Shown here: positions 55,898-64,000 of the stretch, one piece after another
How the letters are laid out: each line of letters begins with the position of its first letter
How positions within the stretch are numbered: position 1 is the stretch's first letter
Source of the DNA: Edaphocola sp.
GTDB taxonomy: Bacteria; Bacteroidota; Bacteroidia; Chitinophagales; Chitinophagaceae
Direction of reading: 5' to 3'
DNA: 64,000 nt
NCBI GenBank assembly: GCA_035708205.1
Contig: DASSSY010000008.1
Span: 88,314-152,313, forward strand
Position numbers and translations under genes: made by a program
The notes under the pieces: generated by a model
Database searches by the model: none
Seen by the model: only the letters and a program-made list of their open reading frames with translations
What the model was told of the DNA's origin: nothing

Positions 55898-57103
55898 ATG
55901 CGTTCAACATCCAAAGACCATAAGAAACCCAAGCCTTTCCAGAAATTCTATAAGGATAATAAGAAAAGCGGGAAGCCATTCCCTAAAAATGAAAACCGCT
56001 TTGACCGGGAAGAAGATAAAAAAGAGCGCGATGGAAAGAAGGCGGAGCGCCCTAAGCCCCGTAAATTTGAAGAAGAGGATTTATCATTTGGTCGCCAAAA
56101 AAAGGTTCCCGGCACCCATAAAGCCAGGCCAGAGGAAGAGATTACCTTTACCAAGGAACTGATGAACAAATGGGCGGAGAAGCCCGTGAAACCGGCGATA
56201 TTTCAATCCAAAGGCAACAGAAATAATGCCAAAGGAAAAGGAATGGACGACCAGAAACGGCATCAGCACAAGCGTAAAACCATAGAACGGTATATGGATG
56301 ATGAGGGCGATTTTGAAAAAGCTTACAGCCACCATTCCGGAGGTAAAAGGGACGGGCAGGAAGATCGGAACTATTACGGCGCACCCGCAGAAGATGTATC
56401 CATGCCTTTGAATAAGTTTATCGCTCATTGTGATGTTTGCGGCAGAAGGGAAGCGGCCCAGCTGGTGCGCGAAGGAAAGGTCAAGGTTAACGGCGAACTG
56501 ATTACCGAACCGGGGCATAAAGTAACGCTTAAAGACCAGGTCAGCCTGAGCGGGAAAAAACTTCAGCTCCAGGAAAACCGGATTTATGTATTGATGAATA
56601 AGCCCAAGGGCTTTATTACCACGATGGATGATCCGAAAGGCCGTCGAACGGTTATGGATTTAGTGGTCAACCAGATTGATGAGCGCATTTATCCTGTGGG
56701 ACGCTTAGACCGGAATACAACCGGTTTGTTGTTATTAACCAATGACGGTCAGCTGGCGCAAAAGCTTTCTCATCCCAGTAATGAGATTAAAAAGGTCTAT
56801 CAGGTGGTGCTGGACAGGCCGGTATCCGAAGCTGATTTCACGAAGATTAAGAATGGTGTTGTTTTGGAGGACGGCCCTGCTCCCGTTAATCAGCTGGCTT
56901 ACCTGGAGTCTAAAAATGAAATTGGCCTTGAAATCCATAATGGCCGTAATCGTATTGTCCGGCGCATCTTTGAATCTTTGGGCTATACGGTAGAAAAGCT
57001 GGATCGCGTGGTTTACGCGGGGTTGACCAAAAAGAATATTCCACGCGGTAAATGGCGTTTTTTATCTAAGCAGGAAGTGATCAACTTGAAGCATTTACGT
57101 TGA
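55898..57103 (+). CDS. RluB/RsuA-family pseudouridine synthase with ~165-aa basic low-complexity N-terminal extension
   Basis: S4 domain (MPLNKFIAHCDVCGRREAAQLVREGKVKVNG) and catalytic VGRLDRNTTGLLLLTNDG. Confidence 0.85.
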   Translation: MRSTSKDHKKPKPFQKFYKDNKKSGKPFPKNENRFDREEDKKERDGKKAERPKPRKFEEEDLSFGRQKKVPGTHKARPEEEITFTKELMNKWAEKPVKPAIFQSKGNRNNAKGKGMDDQKRHQHKRKTIERYMDDEGDFEKAYSHHSGGKRDGQEDRNYYGAPAEDVSMPLNKFIAHCDVCGRREAAQLVREGKVKVNGELITEPGHKVTLKDQVSLSGKKLQLQENRIYVLMNKPKGFITTMDDPKGRRTVMDLVVNQIDERIYPVGRLDRNTTGLLLLTNDGQLAQKLSHPSNEIKKVYQVVLDRPVSEADFTKIKNGVVLEDGPAPVNQLAYLESKNEIGLEIHNGRNRIVRRIFESLGYTVEKLDRVVYAGLTKKNIPRGKWRFLSKQEVINLKHLR

Positions 57104-57131
57104 ATGATCGATCATATCATTAACCGTAAAT

Positions 57132-57168
57132 AAAAAGCGCCCGGAAATTGAATTTCGCGGGCGTTTTT
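57132..57168. terminator. Bidirectional terminator between convergent genes
   Basis: aaaaagcgcccggaaatt g aatttcgcgggcgttttt. Confidence 0.55.
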
Positions 57169-57190
57169 ATGTCGTGTCGTGTGGGCTTAT

Positions 57191-59182
57191 TTATTTCCGG
57201 ATCACGATTTTATGGGTGCTCAGCGCATTAATGCCTTCATTGATGAGACGCATGGTGTAAATGCCATTGGCCAAGCCTTTTGTACTGATATTTAAGGCCG
57301 TGTTTTGTGTGCTGGTTTGATAAACCTTCTGGCCCAGGATGTTGAACAGCTCAATGGTAACAGCCTGTGCGGACGGGTTGCTGAACGTTACATGAATGAA
57401 ATCCCTGGCCGGGTTAGGGTAGATACTCAGGTTATTGCTCAGGCCTATTTCATTGACGGCGGAAGTGCCGGGGGCAGCTACCGTAAAGTATAGTACATAT
57501 TCGGTACCGAAATCATCATGAGGCGTACCGGAGTAGGCATAGTTGCGCATCGGAATCTTCGTGCCATCCATCTTTGCTGCGGTAAAATACCCGGAGTGTA
57601 ATTGCGAATATTGATCAAATGCCCACCAATGTAAGCCTGCGCCACCCGGGCTGGATATGGTTAATTTATACATTCCGGCGGCCGGCAGGGCAACGGTATC
57701 CACGTATTTGGTATCTGAAGCCGTATTATCCCGGGCAACAATGTAATTACTGTTGACATCAGTGATCGCCCATTTTTGATCGGGATTTGACAGCGTTATG
57801 CTGCCATCGTCATGCAACATGAAATTGCTGGTTTTTAAAGTCAGGATCAGGTCACCGGGCCAAAGAGGCGCCACATTGAATGTGGAGGACAGCGTATTGT
57901 TAGTGCTGTCTTCGTCAGTTTGCCCGTTTACGCCCGTAATGGACACGTTGAACTGGTGTGGGCCGCTAAGTTCCCGGATGGACATATTGGTTATTTCGGA
58001 AAGCGCCGGTAAGCTGATGAGCGTATCCGCCAATGGTGCAAGTGTACCCTGCCAGCTATAGCTGTGTACCGAGGAATCGGCAATGCCATAACTGAAATCA
58101 ATGCCGGTAATGGTTGTGCTGCCGGAATTGTGTACCAGGATTTGCGGAATATCTCCGGACGGGTTGGCGCGATAGTGTTCCGGGTTGTTGGTCGGCGCGA
58201 TAATGTCCTCTAATGATGCGTCTAAGGATTTGTTCATGCCGCCGTAGTAAAATACGATAGCGTTTGAGGTATAGCTCCCAAAGTTGGAGCTGGCACTATA
58301 GTTTTCAAACTGGATATTAATGTCATATTGTGTGCCGGCGGCGACGTTAGGTATATTGTGGTAGATCGGGCGTACTAATGCCCCCGGACACCAGTTGCCA
58401 CGGTTAAACACCCAGGTGCCGCCCTGGGGGTACAGGTCGTTCAGGCCGCAGTCATCCCGCCAGAGTAAGTGGTGCGCAATCGAGCTGCCGTTGACATTGA
58501 CGTCGTAGGCATGCGCCGCGAATTCGCAGCAGCCGTTATCATCATTGCCATGACCGGTGACAATATATTTCAGTGTAGCGCTTTGTGTTCCTGCAGGCGC
58601 GGTTTCCGTCTTGGTGGGGAAATAGTTGTTGATGGGAGCGGAAGAATCGCCGTAGGAATGGGAAAAGTCGTAAAGCGGTGCAATGCCGGTCACCTCCCTG
58701 TCCGGAGTTCCTTCAATAAAGGCGAATTTGACATCCGCGGTAAAGCCTCCCGAATACCCCGAATAGTGAATACGAACCCCGGCCGTATCTTTTAATAAAG
58801 GATAAAAATCGGTAACGTCAAAGACATAAGGCTGTTGCCAGGAGTTGCCGAAACGGGACCATCCCGAAGTGGCAAAAGGCGTAATGAAACGGCCTAATTC
58901 AACAGTGTCGCCCGTCCTGGTCATTAAATAGTTCTGTACGGTATAATCCCATTGGTGGCAGTATTGGGACCCTGAAGGGCAATTATACTGTCCCAGGGTA
59001 AAGATCATATATATTTTGCGATAGGTCTTGCTGCCGTCCGGGAAGGCAACCGTAGTGTCAAAGTTGTTGTAGTAATCTAAATTGACGTGGTTGGCCTGTA
59101 CCCATGTTGTGTCCCCCGGACCTGCTTGCGCCATGCCTGCGCCAAACAAAAGGCATACCAGAAAGAGTAAAATCTTTTTCAT
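57191..59182 (-). CDS. T9SS type A sorting-domain secreted protein (catalytic region not identified)
   Basis: Signal peptide MKKILLFLVCLLFGAGMAQA and C-terminal Por_Secre_tail (LSIYPNPARDFIHVTF...GIYTMRL). Confidence 0.75.
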   Translation of the reverse strand: MKKILLFLVCLLFGAGMAQAGPGDTTWVQANHVNLDYYNNFDTTVAFPDGSKTYRKIYMIFTLGQYNCPSGSQYCHQWDYTVQNYLMTRTGDTVELGRFITPFATSGWSRFGNSWQQPYVFDVTDFYPLLKDTAGVRIHYSGYSGGFTADVKFAFIEGTPDREVTGIAPLYDFSHSYGDSSAPINNYFPTKTETAPAGTQSATLKYIVTGHGNDDNGCCEFAAHAYDVNVNGSSIAHHLLWRDDCGLNDLYPQGGTWVFNRGNWCPGALVRPIYHNIPNVAAGTQYDINIQFENYSASSNFGSYTSNAIVFYYGGMNKSLDASLEDIIAPTNNPEHYRANPSGDIPQILVHNSGSTTITGIDFSYGIADSSVHSYSWQGTLAPLADTLISLPALSEITNMSIRELSGPHQFNVSITGVNGQTDEDSTNNTLSSTFNVAPLWPGDLILTLKTSNFMLHDDGSITLSNPDQKWAITDVNSNYIVARDNTASDTKYVDTVALPAAGMYKLTISSPGGAGLHWWAFDQYSQLHSGYFTAAKMDGTKIPMRNYAYSGTPHDDFGTEYVLYFTVAAPGTSAVNEIGLSNNLSIYPNPARDFIHVTFSNPSAQAVTIELFNILGQKVYQTSTQNTALNISTKGLANGIYTMRLINEGINALSTHKIVIRK

Positions 59183-59314
59183 AAGTAAAAATGAATGTGC
59201 AAAAAAAATAATAAAACTAAAGAGCGGTAAAAATAATCCTTTTTAATTATTCTTAGAGATTTAATGACCTACATTTCTATGTTTATTCATTAATGCATGC
59301 TCCTTTGACAACGT

Positions 59315-61504
59315 TTACTTTTCTTCACGGTTGGGCTTTGATTTATTTTTCCACAGGTTATTGAACATGCTTCCCGCACGTTCCGCCATTTTCCGTCCTT
59401 CCGTGAAGAGGTCGATTAAATTGCCCTCTTCCTGATGCAGGTCGCCCAGCTTGGAATAAGACATGGTCTGCTGGGGATAGATGACGATATTGCTGTTTTT
59501 TTGAAAATACCGGGACAGGTAATAAGCTGTTTTTTCAAGTTTCTTATGGTAGGTCAGGTAGCCGGCCCTCGACGATATAATAATCAGTAAATCGTTGGCG
59601 TTTAGCTCCCTGCCGACAATAAGAAAGTCATCCCAGTCCTCAAACGTGTTGAAACCAAGAGTTAAAGGTTTAGCGGTATTATTGTTGATGATCTGGATGC
59701 TGCGCTCGGTGCTTTTGCCCGCATAGAACGATAAGGGCAAGCCGCTTTCCCTCGACAGCATAAAGAGTTTGTTGACCCAATGACTGAAACCGTCCTCCAT
59801 TTCGGCGTGCATATTGACGGCTACAACGATTTTTTTCAGAGTATTAAAAGGCTGAATGGGATTATAGACATACACGGTTTCATTGGTGCTGGCTAAGATT
59901 TGAGCGGTTGTGGCGCCTATTTTTTTGTTTTGAATGCCATTGGGAGTGGTGACGCCAAGGATGAGGTCTGTTATTTTGTGCTCCCGGCAGGTAAACAAAA
60001 TGCCGTTAGGAACGTTTTTATCGAAGCGGGTTAACGTTTTGATCTCTACATCCGACCCGGCGCCTTTGTCCCTCACGGCATTGAGCATTTTCTCGGACGA
60101 TTTCCTGGTAGTTTCCTTGTCTTCATCGGCTTCAACCACATTAACGGCAAACAAGGCTTCTTTGCTTTTCTTTGGCGTGATCATCATCCCTAAATCGACC
60201 AGGCTGCCAATGGACTCCGGGTTGTTGACGGAAATAAGCGTTTTGCCCGTGGATTCGGTGTCATTATGGTCTTCTGAACCCTCCTGCGCCACTAATTTTT
60301 TAGAAGATCTTTCCACGACAAAAGAGCTGACGGTACAGGAGACTAAAATTAAAAGTATAGAACCATTCAGTATGTTTTCATTAAGCAAGCGTATCGGCTC
60401 GCCGGAAGGTGTTTCGCCCAAAATCACATTGTAGCCCACCAGGACCGTGGCTAATGTGGCTGCAGCCTGTGCGGAACTCAGGCCAAAGATCAGCGAGCCT
60501 TCTGCACGGGAGAGCTTAAAGGTTTTTTCCGCAAGAAAACAGGCTAAGAATTTACCGGTCAGGGCGCCACCGATCATGATGGCCGCTACTTTTATTGTTT
60601 CCCAGTTCATGAATGCCGCCCGGATATTGACCAGCATACCTACCCCGACAAGGAAGAAGGGAATGAACAGCGCATTGCCCACAAATCCGATCCTATTCAT
60701 CAGCGCGGAGTTATGGGGAATGAATTTATTAAGCGCCAGGCCGGCCAGAAAGGCCCCGATAATGGCTTCAATTCCCGCCAGCTCTGCCAGGAAGCCGCCC
60801 ATGAAGACCATGGCCAGCACAAAAATATATTGACCTATACCGTCTTCAAAGCGCTTAAAAAACCAGCGGGCGATGACCGGAAAAATGAAAATAATAATAG
60901 CGGAAGCCAGTATTACGGAAATGGAAAGCCTTGTCCAGAAGGCCGGGGTCAAGCTGCCCTGCGCCATGCCCACAATAACCGCTAACACCAGGAGGGTCAG
61001 CAGATCCGTGATCATTGTGGCGCCAACGGTTATCGTGACCGCCCTGTTGTTGGCCAGACCGTATTTACTGATCAGCGGATAAGTCACTAAGGTATGCGAG
61101 GCGAATGTACTGGCCAGTAAAATGGAAGTCGGTAACGAAAAGGCCAGAAAATAATAGGAAACAGCGAATCCTATGGAAATAGGAATGATGAATGTATAAA
61201 GGCCTAAAAGCAGGCTTTTCAGCGTATTCTTCTTAAATTCCGCCATATCAATTTCCAGGCCGGCCAAAAACATGATATAGAGCAATCCGACTGTTCCGAA
61301 CAAAACAATGCTGCTGTCCCGTGACAGTAAATTAAAACCATAAGGCCCGACAATGATGCCGGCAATGATTAAACCGATAATATGGGGTACTTTTATTTTG
61401 TTCAGTAAAATGGGAGCGAATAAAATAATAAATAACACCAGTGAGAAAATGATCACCGGGTTGGTAAACGGAAGTGAAAAATTCAGATCGGCCAATAATG
61501 TCAT
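59315..61504 (-). CDS. Cation:proton antiporter with large cytoplasmic C-terminal (USP-like) domain
   Basis: N-terminal 11-13 TM Na+/H+-exchanger core (HIIGLIIAGIIVGPYGFNLL). 729 aa. Confidence 0.75.
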   Translation of the reverse strand: MTLLADLNFSLPFTNPVIIFSLVLFIILFAPILLNKIKVPHIIGLIIAGIIVGPYGFNLLSRDSSIVLFGTVGLLYIMFLAGLEIDMAEFKKNTLKSLLLGLYTFIIPISIGFAVSYYFLAFSLPTSILLASTFASHTLVTYPLISKYGLANNRAVTITVGATMITDLLTLLVLAVIVGMAQGSLTPAFWTRLSISVILASAIIIFIFPVIARWFFKRFEDGIGQYIFVLAMVFMGGFLAELAGIEAIIGAFLAGLALNKFIPHNSALMNRIGFVGNALFIPFFLVGVGMLVNIRAAFMNWETIKVAAIMIGGALTGKFLACFLAEKTFKLSRAEGSLIFGLSSAQAAATLATVLVGYNVILGETPSGEPIRLLNENILNGSILLILVSCTVSSFVVERSSKKLVAQEGSEDHNDTESTGKTLISVNNPESIGSLVDLGMMITPKKSKEALFAVNVVEADEDKETTRKSSEKMLNAVRDKGAGSDVEIKTLTRFDKNVPNGILFTCREHKITDLILGVTTPNGIQNKKIGATTAQILASTNETVYVYNPIQPFNTLKKIVVAVNMHAEMEDGFSHWVNKLFMLSRESGLPLSFYAGKSTERSIQIINNNTAKPLTLGFNTFEDWDDFLIVGRELNANDLLIIISSRAGYLTYHKKLEKTAYYLSRYFQKNSNIVIYPQQTMSYSKLGDLHQEEGNLIDLFTEGRKMAERAGSMFNNLWKNKSKPNREEK

Positions 61505-61538
61505 ATGGATAATTTTGGTCGTGTGCTATTAAGTGAGA

Positions 61539-62138
61539 TTAATTTTGTTTCTTTAGGTCCAGGGTATAGGTAATGTGGCAGCCTTCGGGCTGGATAATGT
61601 CCCGTTGGCCTTGCATGACATCATTTTTGGTTTGTTTCAGCTGGATAGTGATTTGTGCATATTGGGCAATGCTCAGGCTGTCTTCCGGAGCTTGCGCTTT
61701 GAGAGAAAGCTGACCGTCAGCGGTAATAGAGCCGGTATAAATACGGGTTAGCTGGAATTTATTATTCATGGCTTTGACTACTACCATATTATTTTGAAAG
61801 GTTATCGCCCATTGCTCCACTTTAGTATCGCCTAAGGCAGAGCCTGGACAGGTAGCTTCCGTACAAACCATTTTGACCAGCCAGCGGCCGGGAATAGCCG
61901 GATAAATGGTTGATAGTGTATCTTTCCCCACTAAAACACTGTCCATTTTTTTTTGCCGCTCATTCAGGATCTGCTCCCTGGCGTCCAATTCCTGCTTCCG
62001 AAGCATTAATTCCTGCTCTTTTTGTCTCAGAACAATAGCTTCCTGTTTTAATTTATCCCGTTGTTCCTGAAGTCCGCAACTGGACAATAACAATAGACTT
62101 AAACCTGAAAAAACGGTAAAGCATTTGAATACACGCAT
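61539..62138 (-). CDS. Hypothetical lipoprotein with coiled-coil segment
   Basis: Lipobox LLLLSSC after MRVFKCFTVFSGLS. The start was moved to the internal Met at 62138. Confidence 0.45.
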   Translation of the reverse strand: MRVFKCFTVFSGLSLLLLSSCGLQEQRDKLKQEAIVLRQKEQELMLRKQELDAREQILNERQKKMDSVLVGKDTLSTIYPAIPGRWLVKMVCTEATCPGSALGDTKVEQWAITFQNNMVVVKAMNNKFQLTRIYTGSITADGQLSLKAQAPEDSLSIAQYAQITIQLKQTKNDVMQGQRDIIQPEGCHITYTLDLKKQN

Positions 62139-62815
62139 AAAATTATCCTGGATGAAAAACGAATTATACAATATGGATACTGGTAAAGATACGGATTTGA
62201 AAGGAATGATCACCATTGTTCCATAACAGGCCGTAATCGGGTAAAGCTAAAGGATTCCGGTGTGACGCCTGAAACGCGTGGCCTGATTTATGATTTTATC
62301 TTTTGAGGGGTAAAGGCTGGCTGAATCATATGTGACCTGTTGCTATTGTTTGCTTTTGATCTCAATTTTCAGTATCAGGAACAAAAGCCTGATAAGAGGG
62401 TTGCCTTAAAATGGTATGTTTGGACATGGATGCTTTTTATGGACTGGTGGAGTGGCTTGAATGGGCCACAGCAAGTGATGAGCGGGACTTCAGTGGTCAT
62501 TCGGGATGCCTTCTGGAACCGCCGCACAGTGGTTATGCCCGGATGTTATTTTTTTATATCATATATTATTGATCTTCGTCCATAAAAAAGCATCCCGGGA
62601 AATTTATGAAATCTTCCGTAGAAGGAAGAAGACCAGACCAAAAATGGCGCTTGCTTCTGGCGCTGAATGTCCTTTTTGGCGTCATGAAGGATGCGGTTGC
62701 TCATTGGGATTATCCGGATGTGATCCTTCTCAGGCGGACAGATTTTATGCCTTATGACTTTTTTAATGGCTGGAAAATTGCTTCTTTTGCAGGAAATGAA
62801 AAACTTTAAAAGAAA

Positions 62816-63691
62816 ATGATGAAAATATTTATTTCAGGTGCTTCAGGTCTCGTGGGTGGCAATTGTTTAAAACATTTTACTGCAAAAGGTTGGATGGTAA
62901 AAGGGTCTCACCGAACCTTTCCGACGGCGGAAACCGTATTTTTTGATACGCTGGACCTGGTTTCGGAGAATAATTTTGATCTGGAAGCTTTCGGCCCTGA
63001 TGTTATTGTTCATTGCGGGGCGCTTACGCATGTGGATTATTGTGAAAATAATCCGGATGAAAGTTTTGAGAAAACCGTGACGTCGACGAAAAACCTTTTG
63101 GAAATCGCGGTCCGTTGCCGGGCTAAATTTGTTTTTTTATCCACTGATTATGTTTTTGACGGTAAAGAGGGGCCTTACCGGGAAACGGCTGACGTCAACC
63201 CTTTGAGCGTGTATGGGAAGCATAAGCTGGCGGCAGAGCAGTTGGTACAACAAATGTCACCGGACCATTTGATCCTGCGGGTGACCAATGTTTATGGCCC
63301 TGAAATACGGATGAAAAACTTCGTGGCCAGGATTATCAGCCAGTGCGAAGAGGAAAAGGTATTGGAGTTGAAATTACCTTTTGATCAGTTTGCCAATCCA
63401 ACCAATGCTTTTGATATTGCCCGGGCTATGGGGCTGCTCTTGGAGCATCAGAAATCCGGTATTTACCACGTTGGCAGCACCGATTACATGAACCGGGTAA
63501 GCTTAGCGCTCCGGGTGCTGAAATATTTTCCCGGCGCCAAATATAACCTCCAGCCCATCTCTACCGAAAGCCTTTCTCAGCCAGCCGCCCGGCCTTTATT
63601 TGGAGGCTTTATAACCGCTAAGTTTTTATCAGAGTTTCCTGACTTTTTGTTTAGTACGGTGGATGAATATTTAAAAGACTGCACCCGATGA
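62816..63691 (+). CDS. RmlD-like NAD(P)-dependent sugar reductase (dTDP-4-dehydrorhamnose reductase family)
   Basis: MMKIFISGASGLVGGN Rossmann fold and YGKHKLAAE catalytic Y-x3-K. 291 aa. Confidence 0.6.
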   Translation: MMKIFISGASGLVGGNCLKHFTAKGWMVKGSHRTFPTAETVFFDTLDLVSENNFDLEAFGPDVIVHCGALTHVDYCENNPDESFEKTVTSTKNLLEIAVRCRAKFVFLSTDYVFDGKEGPYRETADVNPLSVYGKHKLAAEQLVQQMSPDHLILRVTNVYGPEIRMKNFVARIISQCEEEKVLELKLPFDQFANPTNAFDIARAMGLLLEHQKSGIYHVGSTDYMNRVSLALRVLKYFPGAKYNLQPISTESLSQPAARPLFGGFITAKFLSEFPDFLFSTVDEYLKDCTR

Positions 63692-63763
63692 TCATCAACG
63701 TTAAAAGAAATAAGAGGCTATCAAAATGAGGCCGATTATTTCTTTTTAATGCTTATGGCTTGA

Positions 63764-64000
63764 TTATTGTACCTGTACTTTTTGCGTTATTGTTCCTTCT
63801 TTTGTCTTGACTTGCAATAAATACAGGCCTGCCGCCACGCCCGACAGATTCAGCGTTTTGCTTTCTGCCGAAAATGTTTTGACTTTCCTGCCGGAAAGGT
63901 CGGTTAATGTGAGGCTTTGGATTTTTAAATTGTTGTCTTGCAATAAGAACGTGTTTTTAGCCGGATTGGGGAAGATCTTTAATTTATCCTTGAAAGAAGA
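63764..64000 (-). CDS. 3' end of a T9SS type A sorting-domain protein (5' part lies outside the window)
   Basis: Hand translation of the minus strand gives ...KIFPNPAKNTFLLQDNNLKIQSLTLTDLSGRKVKTFSAESKTLNLSGVAAGLYLLQVKTKEGTITQKVQVQ*. It is absent from the ORF track because no Met start lies inside the window. Confidence 0.7.
   Translation of the reverse strand, partial: SSFKDKLKIFPNPAKNTFLLQDNNLKIQSLTLTDLSGRKVKTFSAESKTLNLSGVAAGLYLLQVKTKEGTITQKVQVQ

Noticed and set aside
57191-59182. Assigning a PNGase-F-like catalytic function to the T9SS type A protein (motif TGHGNDDNGCCEF)
   Set aside because: This is a resemblance from memory only and I cannot verify it. The catalytic region is left unassigned.

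Overview
A Bacteroidota-type chromosomal segment, judged from T9SS type A/B sorting domains, many TAnnTTTG '-7' promoter motifs and SD-poor or leaderless starts. Housekeeping genes cover about 24.1-64 kb: dnaA, tRNA-Ser, tRNA-Pro, mlaD-like, lipB, exbD, lutB, rlmI, ctaA, cinA, dnaK, pnp, purB, rlmN, rluB-like, cation/proton antiporters and T9SS cargo proteins. A redox/stress gene cluster with an AraC regulator covers 1.4-6.9 kb. The standout region is a ~16.8 kb island (7207-24009) inserted into the 3' end of tRNA-Pro(TGG). It is bounded by a 16-bp direct repeat, carries a tyrosine integrase next to the tRNA, and looks more AT-rich than its flanks (judged by eye, not computed). The island is essentially one gap-free minus-strand operon in which type I restriction-modification genes (half-hsdS, hsdM, hsdS, hsdR, YgjP-like peptidase) alternate with other defence-type genes. 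(a) A SMODS/CD-NTase-like nucleotidyltransferase is translationally coupled to a stand-alone UBC/E2-like protein, with no E1, JAB or adjacent effector. (b) A CapV-like patatin phospholipase is followed by a second short CD-NTase and a DUF1883-TIR protein. (c) An AlbA_2/Schlafen-like ATPase sits directly upstream of hsdR. I consider the NTase+E2 pair, and its possible coupling to the neighbouring patatin/CD-NTase/TIR cassette inside the R-M operon, the best candidate for an undescribed system. Other non-genic structure: an iteron-like CGTTCC(A/G)TTTT cluster, a ~170-bp imperfect palindrome at the distal island end, arm-type 19-mers, a 12-bp x3 tandem repeat upstream of hsdR, a 28-bp x2 direct repeat beside a 24-bp palindrome, and a 1.1-kb non-coding gap. 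All functional calls come from motif recognition by eye. No database search was run.
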